A stretch of DNA of 64,000 nucleotides from the NCBI GenBank assembly GCA_023150805.1, contig JAKLKF010000011.1, forward strand, positions 19,987-83,986, given 5' to 3'. The DNA comes from Myxococcota bacterium (GTDB lineage Bacteria > Myxococcota_A > UBA796 > UBA2385). The notes below the pieces were generated by a model, which searched no databases, was not told the origin of the DNA, and saw nothing but the letters and a program-made list of their open reading frames with translations. Below, in pieces: positions 35,629 through 44,362 of the stretch (position 1 is its first letter; each line of letters begins with the position of its first letter). Made by a program: the position numbers and the translations under genes.

Positions 35629-37197
35629 ATGACGACCCGCTCCCCCTCCCTACTGCTTGTCGATCCCGGCTCATCGCGCAGCGAGCTGAACGAGCCCATC
35701 GGCATCGACGCCGTGGCGGCGGCCGCCGCAGCGACCACCGGGGCCACGGTCCACCAGTCCTTCGCTCCACTCTCGCGCCTGCCTGTGCCTGCCGACTACG
35801 AGAACGCCGACATCCTCGGCCTGTCGATGCCGCTGGGCTCGCTCGCGGCCTCGCGTGCCTTCGTGCAGGGGTGGCGCTCGTTGCCCGCACAGCTTCGGCC
35901 TCTGCTCGTGCTGGGCGGGCTCCTGCCGACCTTCGCCACGGACGCCGTGCTGGACGAGTTCCCCGAGGCGATCCTGGTGGTCGGTGAGGGGGAAGACGCC
36001 ATCGGCGGGCTGGTGGCCGCCGTCGCCAATGGCCCGGGCGCCGGAGTCCGAGGACGGCTCGAACAGGGGTCCGTCCCCAACCTGGTCTTCCGCGCAGGGG
36101 ACCAGGTGGTGCGCACGCCGCGCCGCCTGGTCGAGCTGGCGGATGCCCTGCCGCCAACCCGCGCGTGGACGGGACAGGTCGCCACCCAGGGCGGCATCGT
36201 GCGTGCCGAGGCCTCGCGGGGATGCTCTTGGGGCCGGTGCACCTTCTGCGCCATCCAGCACAAGTACTGCGACCAGGCCCGCTGGCGCGACTTCCCCGTC
36301 GCGCGTGTACTCGAGCAACTCGAACACCTCTCCGCCGCCGGGGTCCGCCACCCCTACTTCACGGACGAGGACTTCGTCGGCGACGACCCGGTGCGCACGA
36401 TCCTCCTCGCGCGCGGGATCACGGAGGCGAAGGCCCGCGGGCAGATCGCGCGGGAGCTGACGCTCTACGTGGACATGCGCGTGGACAGCATCCTGGCCGC
36501 CGGGTCCGCCAGGGGGCCGTCCGGTGCCGATGTCCTGGTGGCGCTCCGCGCGGCCGGCCTGCGGGAGGTCTTCGTCGGCATCGAGTCCGGATCGCGCGAG
36601 CAGGTGCGCCGGTACAAGAAGCCCGCAACAGCGGCTCGCAACCTGCGCGCCCTCTCGCTCCTCCGCGAGCTGGGCATCGAGGTCGACGTCGGCTTCATCT
36701 TCTTCGACCCCGAGATGTCGCTCGACGAGGCGGCTGCCAACCTGGACTTCCTGCGAGAAGCCGGGCTCTGGTCCCACGACGCGCGTCTTACCAAAGAGGT
36801 TCGCGTGCAGGCCGGCACGCCCCTGGTCGACCAGTACCGGGACAGGGGCTTCCTAGTCGGTCCACTCGATGTGGACGACCTGACCTTCCCCTACCGCTGG
36901 GTCGATCCCCGCGTCGAGGCCGTGCACGAGGCCTTCCGAGCCTGGGAGTCCATCGACCGGGCTGGAGTCTACCTGCTCCAAGCGGCCACCCGCGGCGAGG
37001 TGCTCGTCGCCCGTCAACGCCGTGCGCGGCGCGACCTGCTCGGTCGGATCCGAGCCGTGGAGCACGAGGCGCTGGAGGCGCTCGTGCGCGCAGCACAGGC
37101 AGGTCGCGACCCGGGGGCGGTGGAGCTGGGGTGGTTCACCGAGCGACGGCGGGCGCTGCTCGACTCGTGGGCCTCGGTGGAAGAGCGAGCGGCGTGA
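35629..37197 (+). CDS. Cobalamin-binding (class B) radical SAM enzyme
   Basis: B12-binding-like LVLGGLLPT ... VVGEGE, cluster motif RGCSWGRCTFC, then VFVGIESGS and GFIFFDP. RBS GAGG. Confidence 0.9.
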   Translation: MTTRSPSLLLVDPGSSRSELNEPIGIDAVAAAAAATTGATVHQSFAPLSRLPVPADYENADILGLSMPLGSLAASRAFVQGWRSLPAQLRPLLVLGGLLPTFATDAVLDEFPEAILVVGEGEDAIGGLVAAVANGPGAGVRGRLEQGSVPNLVFRAGDQVVRTPRRLVELADALPPTRAWTGQVATQGGIVRAEASRGCSWGRCTFCAIQHKYCDQARWRDFPVARVLEQLEHLSAAGVRHPYFTDEDFVGDDPVRTILLARGITEAKARGQIARELTLYVDMRVDSILAAGSARGPSGADVLVALRAAGLREVFVGIESGSREQVRRYKKPATAARNLRALSLLRELGIEVDVGFIFFDPEMSLDEAAANLDFLREAGLWSHDARLTKEVRVQAGTPLVDQYRDRGFLVGPLDVDDLTFPYRWVDPRVEAVHEAFRAWESIDRAGVYLLQAATRGEVLVARQRRARRDLLGRIRAVEHEALEALVRAAQAGRDPGAVELGWFTERRRALLDSWASVEERAA

Positions 37198-37255
37198 CGC
37201 GGCATCCCTGATAGCACGACGGACGCCCCCTCCCTCCCCCCGCCCCCGGACCCCC

Positions 37256-37726
37256 ATGCGCATCTGGATCGACGCCGACGGCGCCCCCGCCGCCATGCTG
37301 GAGATCGTCTACAAGGCCAGCCAGCGGCTGAAGGTGCCGGTCACCCTGGTCGCCAACCGCTGGGTGCAGACGCCGCCCTCGCGGCTCATCACGGCGGTCC
37401 AGGTGGGCCAGGGCCTGGACGTGGCCGACGCCTTCATCGTGGACCGCTGCGAGGCCGGGGACGTCGTGATCAGCAACGACATCCCGCTGGCGGCCGAGGC
37501 CATCGCCAAGGGGGCGGCGGTGCTGCAGCACCGGGGCGAGGTGCTGGACGCCGACAACGTGGGCCAGCGCCTGGCGATGCGCGACTTCATGGAGGAGCTG
37601 CGCGCGGGCGGGGTGATGGGCGGCGGCCCGCCTCCCTACGACGCAAAGGCCCGGCAGGCCTTCGCCAACGGGCTGGACCGGCTGCTCATGGCCTGGCAGC
37701 GGCGGCAGGGGGGTGGGACGGCCTGA
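37256..37726 (+). CDS. YaiI/YqxD (DUF188) family protein
   Basis: MRIWIDADGAP ... VTLVAN ... ADAFIV ... DVVISNDIPLA ... MRDFMEELR. Confidence 0.9.
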   Translation: MRIWIDADGAPAAMLEIVYKASQRLKVPVTLVANRWVQTPPSRLITAVQVGQGLDVADAFIVDRCEAGDVVISNDIPLAAEAIAKGAAVLQHRGEVLDADNVGQRLAMRDFMEELRAGGVMGGGPPPYDAKARQAFANGLDRLLMAWQRRQGGGTA

Positions 37727-37795
37727 TCCGCGCGGCCCGCTCGCCGCGCCCGTCCCGGTGCCTACCCTTCGCACGCCTCGCTCCCGGAGCCGCTC

Positions 37796-38839
37796 GTGAC
37801 CACGCCTCCCCCCGCCGTCGACCCCGCCCTGCGCCAGCAGGTCATGCAGCAGGCCCAGGGCAACCTGTCGCTGGCCCTGGCCTACGTGGGCGTCACCAAC
37901 CACCTCTACGCGACGCTGCACCAGCAAGGACCCTGCACGGTCGAGCAGCTCGCGTCGCACACGGGATCGGACAGGGCCTACGTGCTGCGCTGGGCGGACG
38001 CCGCCGCGGCTTTCGGTCATCTCACGCGGCAGGGAGACTCCTTCGCCCTGGCGCCGCTGGGCGCGGCCTTCCTGCCCGAGGCGCCCGGCACCCTGATGCC
38101 CGTGGCGATGCAGGCGGTGATGGCCGCCTTCATGGGCGAGCGGGTCTCCCGCTTCCTGGCGACGGGCGAGCGCCCCGGCGAGCGGGTGCTGGGCGAGCCT
38201 TCCAGCATCCTGCCGTGGTTCGGCCCCATGCTGGAGGCGACCTTCGGCCCGGTCTTCGCCGACATGGTGCTGCCGCGCCTGCCCGAGGTGGCCCTGGTCG
38301 GGGCGCGGGGCGGCCTGGCGGTGGACCTGGGCTGCGGCAGCGGCTGGTACCTGCGGCGGCTGGCGGCGCGCTACCCGGCCTTGCGCGGCGTGGGCCTGGA
38401 CATGCTGCCCGCCAACGTCGCCACCGCCCAGGCGGCCGCGGAGCGCGAGGGGCTGTCCGATCGCCTGTCCTTCCGCCAGGGCGACCTGCACCACTTCACC
38501 GTGGACGAGCCCGTCGACCTGGTGGCCATGAACAGAGCCCTGCACCACGTGTGGGCCGAGGGGCCCGAGCAGGTGATGGCGGGCCTGGCCAGCCACCTGG
38601 TGCCCGGGGGCCTGCTGGTGATCTGGGAGCCGCGCTGGCCCGACGATCCGGCCACCCTGGGCAGCGACCCACGCCTGCGCGGCATGGCCTTCCAGAACCT
38701 GTCCGAGCACGTCCAGGGCAACCACTTCCTGCGCCCGCAGGAGGTGGAGGAGGCGATGCGACAGGCGGGGCTGGCGCCGGTGACGCACCTGTTCGGCGAG
38801 GGGACCGAGATGGTGGTGGTGGGGCGCAAGGCGGGGTGA
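37796..38839 (+). CDS. Class I SAM-dependent methyltransferase with N-terminal winged-helix/dimerisation domain
   Basis: VDLGCGSGWY, GVGLDM, FRQGDL and LVPGGLLVIWE. Confidence 0.85.
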   Translation: MTTPPPAVDPALRQQVMQQAQGNLSLALAYVGVTNHLYATLHQQGPCTVEQLASHTGSDRAYVLRWADAAAAFGHLTRQGDSFALAPLGAAFLPEAPGTLMPVAMQAVMAAFMGERVSRFLATGERPGERVLGEPSSILPWFGPMLEATFGPVFADMVLPRLPEVALVGARGGLAVDLGCGSGWYLRRLAARYPALRGVGLDMLPANVATAQAAAEREGLSDRLSFRQGDLHHFTVDEPVDLVAMNRALHHVWAEGPEQVMAGLASHLVPGGLLVIWEPRWPDDPATLGSDPRLRGMAFQNLSEHVQGNHFLRPQEVEEAMRQAGLAPVTHLFGEGTEMVVVGRKAG

Positions 38840-38842
38840 GGC

Positions 38843-41800
38843 TCAGGCCTCGAACAGCCGCAGCACCCAGTGCAGGTAGCGGAAGGGGTGCTCGCCCTCC
38901 TGGGGGGTGAAGCGGGCCCGCAGGCGGCGGGCGGGCTCGCCCTCGGGCGCGCCCTTGCGGCGGGTGAGCTGCAGGCGGTCGGGGTGGGCCTGGAGCACGG
39001 CGACGACCTTCTCGGCGGCGACGGGGGTCGTCTCGTGGAAGTCCAGCTCGACCCGCAGGTCCAGCCACTTCAGCCGCTCGATGCCCAGCGCCCGGCAGCG
39101 CAGCTTCGTCTCGGTGAGCCAGCCCAGGTTGAGCACCTCGGGCGGGGGCTCGCCGTAGCGGTCCTCCCAGGCGCTGACCAGGTCGCGGACCTGCTGCGGG
39201 CTGCGGCAGGAGGCGATGCGGCGGTACTCGGCCAGGCGATCGTCCAGGTCCTCGACCCACGACTCGGGGATGAGGGCGGGGACGGGCAGCTCCAGCTCGG
39301 GGTCCAGGCGGGCGCGGGTGATCTCGCCGCGGGCGGCGTGCACGGCCTCCTCCAGCAGCTCGACGTAGGTCTCCAGGCCCACGGCCTGGATGCTGCCGTG
39401 CTGCTTGTCGCCCAGCAGGTTGCCGCTGCCGCGCAGCTCCAGGTCGGCGTTGGCGATGTGGAAGCCCGCACCCAGCTCCTGGTGCTCGGTCAGCACCTGC
39501 AGGCGGCGGGCGGCGTCATGTGCGACGTCGCTGTCCGCCGGCACCAGCAGGGTGCAGTAGCCGCGGCGGTTGGCGCGGCCGACCCGCCCGCGGAGCTGGT
39601 AGAGCTGGGCCAGGCCCAGGCGGTCGGCGCGGTTGACGATCATCGTGTTGACGTTGGGGATGTCGACCCCGCTCTCGATGATGGTCGAACAGACCAGGAC
39701 GTGGCTGTCGCCGGCGACGAAGCTGACCAGGGCGCGCTCCAGCTCCTCCTCTGGCATCTGTCCATGTGCGACGGTGAAGCGGGCCTCGGGCACCAGCTCC
39801 CGCAGCTTGCTGGTGATGCGCTCGATGGTCTCGACGCGGTTGTGGACGAAGAAGACCTGGCCGCCGCGGCGCAGCTCGTGGCGGATCTCGTCGCGGATCC
39901 GCTCCTCGTCGAAGCGGGCGACGCGGGTGCGCACCTCCTGCCGGCCGGCGGGCGGGGTGGTGATCATGCTCACGTTGCGCAGGCCGCCCATGGCCATGTA
40001 GAGCGTGCGGGGGATGGGGGTGGCGGACATGGCCAGGTAGTCGACGGGCACGCCGGCCTGGACCTGGGTCAGGCGCTTGAGCTTCTCCTTCTGCTTGACC
40101 CCGAAGCGGTGCTCCTCGTCGACGACGACCAGGCCGAGCTGGCGGAAGCGCAGCTCGCGGCCCAGCAGGGCGTGGGTGCCGATGACGATGTCGACCAGGC
40201 CCTTGCTGGTCTCGGCCTGGATCGCCCGGATCTGCGCGGGCGACTGGAAGCGGGAGAGCAGCTCGACCCGGGCGCCGGTGCCCTCGAAGCGCTGGCGGAA
40301 GGTGCGGGCGTGCTGGAAGGCCAGGACGGTGGTCGGACAGAGCACGGCGACCTGGCGGCCCTCCAGGATGACGCGCATGGCGGCCCGCATCGCCACCTCG
40401 GTCTTGCCGAAGCCGACGTCGCCCACCAGCAGGCGGTCCATGGGCCGCTCGCTCTGCAGATCGGACATCACCTCGTCGATGGCCTGCTGCTGGCCCTCGG
40501 TCTCGACGTAGGGGAAGGACTCGACGAACAGGCGGTACTGCTCGGGCTCGCCGGGGTAGGCGTGGCCCACGGCGACCTGGCGCATCGCGTGCAGCTCCAG
40601 GATCTCGTGGGCCATGGCCAGGACCTGGTCGCGGACCTTCTGCTTGCGCCGCGCCCAGGTCTCGCCGCCCAGCTTGTCCAGGCGCGGCTCGATCTCGCCG
40701 ACGGCGCGGTACTGGAAGAGCTGGTCGAGCCGGGTGACCGGCAGGTACATCCGGTCGCCGTCTCGGTACTCGAGCTCGGCGTAGTCCTGCTCGACGCCCG
40801 AGAGCTGCAGCCGGCGCAGGCGCAGGAAGCGGCCGATGCCGTGCAGGGCGTGCACGACCAGGTCGCCCTGCTTGAGCTGGGTGTGGCTGCTGAGGACCGC
40901 CTCCTTGAGGTCCTTGGGCACGTGGGCGGCGCGGGCGCGGTCCTTGGGGGTGAACAGCTCGTCGGCGCAGAGGACCGCGAGCTGGTCGGGCTCGCTGTGG
41001 AAGCCGCGGGGCAGGTCGCCCTGCCACAGGACCAGGCTGCCGGGGCGGCCCAGGTCGCCGCGCTCCCGGTCCTGCAGGCGCAGGCCGTGGGGCTCCAGCA
41101 GCGCCCGCACCCGCTCGGCCCGGGCGCGGCCGTCGCAGGTGAGCGCGAGCTGCCAGCCCTCGTCCAGCCAGGCGGCCAGGCGCTCCACGACCGGGGCCAG
41201 CTCGCCGTGCTCGACGCGCAGGCCGTCGTTCTCGCGGCCGCCCAGGTCGGGCACCTCGTCCAGCGCCAGCGCGTCCAGCCGGATCGCGGGCGCCAGGGCG
41301 GCGCGGACCTCAGCGGCCGCGGCGAAGCGGCCCTCGGGCAGGACGGGGGCGCGGTCCTGGACGGCGGTGGCCTCCCAGCGGCCGCGCCACAGCCCCTCGA
41401 AGCGCTCCAGCTCGGCGTCGACGGCGGGCGGGTCCAGCAGGACGACGGGCGCGTCGGCGGGCCACCAGGACAGCGGCAGGACCAGCTCGTGCAGGGCGCC
41501 CAGGAAGTCCTCGGCGCCGGGGAACCACAGACCCTCCTTCAGGTCGGCCAGCACCCGTCGGCGGGTCCCCTGGCCGCCGCCCATGCGGTCGACCGCGAGG
41601 TTGGTGTGGGCGCTGGCGCGCGAGAGGGCCTCGGGGGTGACGACGGCCTCCCGCGCGGGCAGCACGTGGACACGGCCGATCCGCGGCCCCGAGCGCTGCC
41701 GCGCCGGATCGAGGGAGCGGATCTCCTCGATCTCGCCGTCGAACCACTCGATGCGCACGGCGCCGCCGCCGGGCGACCACAGGTCGAGCACGCCGCCGCG

Positions 41801-42292
41801 GCTGGCGACGGTGCCGGGCTCCTCGACCTGGTGCACGGCCAGGTAGCCGCGGTCGGCCAGGGCCTGCAGCAGGGCCGCCCGGTCGTGGGTCTGCCCCTCG
41901 GCCAGGTCCAGGCGCAGGCCCCGCAGGGTGTCGGGTGACAGCACGCGGTGCTGCAGGCCGCGGGCGCAGGCGACGACGACCACCCGCGCGCCGCGCTCCA
42001 GGGCGTCGAGCACGGCCAGGCGCTGGCGCGGCAGGTCGGGGTGGGGCGAGACGCCGTCCCAGGTGCGCACGTCGTCGCCGGGGAAGGGCAGGACGGGCGG
42101 GTCGCCGGGTCGGCACAGGTGGAAGGCCAGGCCCTGGGTGACGCGGTCGGCGTCGGCGCGGGTCGAGGCGACCACGAGCAGGCTGCGCCCGTCCCGGCGG
42201 GCCAGGTCGGCCAGCGCCCAGGTGGCCGCGCCCTCGGGCAGGCCGGCCAGGCGCGCGCCGGGGCGCGCCAGGTCTGGGAAGCGCCGGATCAA
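38843..42292 (-). CDS. mfd: Transcription-repair coupling factor
   Basis: CarD-like VVHALHGIG, DRLLVGDVGFGKTEVA, VVDEEHRFG, SATPIPRT, QLYQLRGRVGR, LELRGSGNLLG and a TRCF C-terminus. Start placed at TTG 42292 (TTGA overlap), giving about 1149 aa. Confidence 0.95.
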   Translation of the reverse strand: MIRRFPDLARPGARLAGLPEGAATWALADLARRDGRSLLVVASTRADADRVTQGLAFHLCRPGDPPVLPFPGDDVRTWDGVSPHPDLPRQRLAVLDALERGARVVVVACARGLQHRVLSPDTLRGLRLDLAEGQTHDRAALLQALADRGYLAVHQVEEPGTVASRGGVLDLWSPGGGAVRIEWFDGEIEEIRSLDPARQRSGPRIGRVHVLPAREAVVTPEALSRASAHTNLAVDRMGGGQGTRRRVLADLKEGLWFPGAEDFLGALHELVLPLSWWPADAPVVLLDPPAVDAELERFEGLWRGRWEATAVQDRAPVLPEGRFAAAAEVRAALAPAIRLDALALDEVPDLGGRENDGLRVEHGELAPVVERLAAWLDEGWQLALTCDGRARAERVRALLEPHGLRLQDRERGDLGRPGSLVLWQGDLPRGFHSEPDQLAVLCADELFTPKDRARAAHVPKDLKEAVLSSHTQLKQGDLVVHALHGIGRFLRLRRLQLSGVEQDYAELEYRDGDRMYLPVTRLDQLFQYRAVGEIEPRLDKLGGETWARRKQKVRDQVLAMAHEILELHAMRQVAVGHAYPGEPEQYRLFVESFPYVETEGQQQAIDEVMSDLQSERPMDRLLVGDVGFGKTEVAMRAAMRVILEGRQVAVLCPTTVLAFQHARTFRQRFEGTGARVELLSRFQSPAQIRAIQAETSKGLVDIVIGTHALLGRELRFRQLGLVVVDEEHRFGVKQKEKLKRLTQVQAGVPVDYLAMSATPIPRTLYMAMGGLRNVSMITTPPAGRQEVRTRVARFDEERIRDEIRHELRRGGQVFFVHNRVETIERITSKLRELVPEARFTVAHGQMPEEELERALVSFVAGDSHVLVCSTIIESGVDIPNVNTMIVNRADRLGLAQLYQLRGRVGRANRRGYCTLLVPADSDVAHDAARRLQVLTEHQELGAGFHIANADLELRGSGNLLGDKQHGSIQAVGLETYVELLEEAVHAARGEITRARLDPELELPVPALIPESWVEDLDDRLAEYRRIASCRSPQQVRDLVSAWEDRYGEPPPEVLNLGWLTETKLRCRALGIERLKWLDLRVELDFHETTPVAAEKVVAVLQAHPDRLQLTRRKGAPEGEPARRLRARFTPQEGEHPFRYLHWVLRLFEA

Positions 42293-43035
42293 GGGGCCGC
42301 GGCCGGCTCCGGGGCCTTGGCGTCGGCGGCAGCCTGCAGGGCCTGGGTGCGGCCTTCGTAGAGCTTGTAGAAGGACACGTTGACGATGAAGAAGATGAGG
42401 CTGATCAGGCTGAAGACGCCGGCAAGGACGAAGACGCCCTGCTGCAGGGCCCACAGCTCGGCCAGGGCGACCACCTGCACCAGGATGGCGACCGGCAGGT
42501 AGATCAGCACGATGCTGCCGCGGCGGCCGCGGGTCAGCTTCTTGCTGCGGTCGATGGGCCACACCTTCTGCTCCAGGCAGGCCACGCTGTCGACGAAGGC
42601 GTACATGCTGACGTAGATGACGCCGGGGAAGAGCAGCAGCATCAGGCCGATCTGGATGCTGAGCTGGGCGATCATCCGCGGCACGAACAGGCGGCTGTAG
42701 CGCCCGAGCGCGAAGTTGACCGCGTTGTACAGGCTGGCGGACTGGCCGGCGGAGTGCAGGCGGCCGATGTAGACGGCGACGGCGCCCACGATGGGGCCGA
42801 GCAGGATCTCCTGCACCAGGGCCACGCCCGTCCAGGCCAGCAGCACCTTGATGAAGGTGCCCTGGTCCTGGTTCTCCGCGCCGCCGAGCTGGTGGTACAG
42901 GAAGCTGTCCGCCCCCGCCGCCACCAGGCCCATCACCAGCATCAGCGGGAGGACCGTGCCCAGGTTCTTGAAGGTCGCCGCCGTGCCCCCGCCCAGGGCG
43001 GAGATCGCGTTTCCGAAGGTGCTGGGCTTGGACAT
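42289..43035 (-). CDS. Integral membrane protein of unknown function
   Basis: About 5-6 hydrophobic segments and typical codon usage. Coupled to mfd. Confidence 0.75.
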   Translation of the reverse strand: MSKPSTFGNAISALGGGTAATFKNLGTVLPLMLVMGLVAAGADSFLYHQLGGAENQDQGTFIKVLLAWTGVALVQEILLGPIVGAVAVYIGRLHSAGQSASLYNAVNFALGRYSRLFVPRMIAQLSIQIGLMLLLFPGVIYVSMYAFVDSVACLEQKVWPIDRSKKLTRGRRGSIVLIYLPVAILVQVVALAELWALQQGVFVLAGVFSLISLIFFIVNVSFYKLYEGRTQALQAAADAKAPEPAAAP

Positions 43036-43142
43036 GGCGCGCTGCTAACGACGGGTTCCGGGGCCAGCAACCGCCGGCGCTGCCGCATGGTGGGCCCGCG
43101 GCCGGCGCGGCGCGTTACCCATGGGGAACTCCCAGGGAAGCC

Positions 43143-44327
43143 GTGTCTGCCGCCGTCCCCCCCGCCGACACCGCCACGCTGGTCTCCAGCCTCTCGGCGC
43201 TGCCGGCTGCCTTCCGCCTGGACCTCGCCGACCTGGAGGCGGTGCGCCTGGTGCTGCGGGGAGACAGCGTCATCGACTGGAACCGGGCGGCCTTCGCCGA
43301 CCTGCGGGCCGTCGATCACTACCTGCGGCTGCACCGGCTGGACTGGCAGGACCCAGAGGATCGCCGCCGCGTGGAGTACGTGCACATCCAGGCGATCAGC
43401 TACCTGGAAGAGCACCTGGGCCTGCGCTTCCCCACCGAGCTCAAGGAGCCGTCGGACGTGCGGCAGGTCTTCCTGGCTGCCAGCCAGACCGGGGGCTTCC
43501 GGCGGCGGCAGGTCCTGGCCTGCGTGGTGCTCAAGCTGATGCACACGATCGCGCACCTCGAGGCCGCCGAGCTGCGCTTCCAGACCGCCCTGTCCGAGGC
43601 CGACCTGCTGGACCAGGCCGAGCGGCGGATCCGCGACTGCGCCGAGCGCATGCGGGCCGACGGCCTGCCCCTGGTCTCCTTCTACGGCAACCGCAAGAGC
43701 CGCAACTCGATCATCACCAAGCTGCTCGCCAAGAAGGAGGCGACCGCGGCCACGGTCTTCGACAAGCTGCGCTTCCGCGTGGTGGTCGAGGAGCGGGAGC
43801 ACATCGTCCCCGCCATCGCGTGGCTGACCCGCAACCTGCTGCCCTTCAACTACGTGATCCCGGGCGAGAGCCACAACAACCTGGTCGATCTCGTGGGCGA
43901 GCTGCAGCGGCCGGAGTGGCGAAGGCTGGCGGGCCAGCTCCACGGCTTCACCGAGGACCCCGACCAGGCCTACAACCCCGAGGAGAACCCCTTCTCGGGC
44001 AAGAGCTACCGGGTGGTCAACTTCATCGTGGACTTCCCGGTGCGCATCGACCACCTGGGCCTGCAGCGCTACGGCTCGTCCATGCTCGGGCGGGTGGTCT
44101 TCGTCCTGGTCGAGTTCCAGGTGCTGGACGCCGCGACGGCCGAGTCCAACGAGACGGGGGACGCCTCGCACGCGCTGTACAAGGAGCGGCAGCGCGCGAT
44201 CGTGGCCAGCCGCCTGCGCAAGGGCGGGCGCTACAAGCGCAAGCGGGTGACGCGGGCCGAGCGGGAGGCCAACGGCGACCACGACGCCAACAGCAACGGC
44301 GAGGGGCCGGCGGCGGACGAGGAGTAG
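43143..44327 (+). CDS. TIGR04552-like protein with RelA/SpoT-type nucleotidyltransferase features
   Basis: RLVLRGDSVIDW, FDKLRFRVV, SGKSYRVVNF, VEFQV and SHALYKERQ. The family is recalled as myxobacterial. Confidence 0.65.
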   Translation: MSAAVPPADTATLVSSLSALPAAFRLDLADLEAVRLVLRGDSVIDWNRAAFADLRAVDHYLRLHRLDWQDPEDRRRVEYVHIQAISYLEEHLGLRFPTELKEPSDVRQVFLAASQTGGFRRRQVLACVVLKLMHTIAHLEAAELRFQTALSEADLLDQAERRIRDCAERMRADGLPLVSFYGNRKSRNSIITKLLAKKEATAATVFDKLRFRVVVEEREHIVPAIAWLTRNLLPFNYVIPGESHNNLVDLVGELQRPEWRRLAGQLHGFTEDPDQAYNPEENPFSGKSYRVVNFIVDFPVRIDHLGLQRYGSSMLGRVVFVLVEFQVLDAATAESNETGDASHALYKERQRAIVASRLRKGGRYKRKRVTRAEREANGDHDANSNGEGPAADEE

Positions 44328-44362
44328 CTGGCCCCGGCCGGGAGGGCCGATAGCGACAGGGC

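Larger units (their letters stand above)
11987..37197 (+). other. Defence island: class I DISARM with nested cargo plus a downstream CHAT-protease cassette
   Basis: 15 co-oriented genes, many with 4-8 bp overlaps. Cargo segments are visibly lower in GC than the flanks. Bounded by the AgmX/PglI-like gene and the yaiI-like gene. Confidence 0.8.

Noticed and set aside
38870-41938. 1022-aa plus-strand ORF and other long antisense ORFs (for example 4327..6702, 12020..14548, 24684..27593, 27290..29560, 50278..52368)
   Set aside because: They are shadow frames opposite well-supported genes and show no independent protein motifs.
42293-42562. N-terminal extension of mfd in the ORF track
   Set aside because: It overlaps the upstream membrane-protein gene in another frame. 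TTG 42292 with a TTGA overlap gives a normal-length Mfd.
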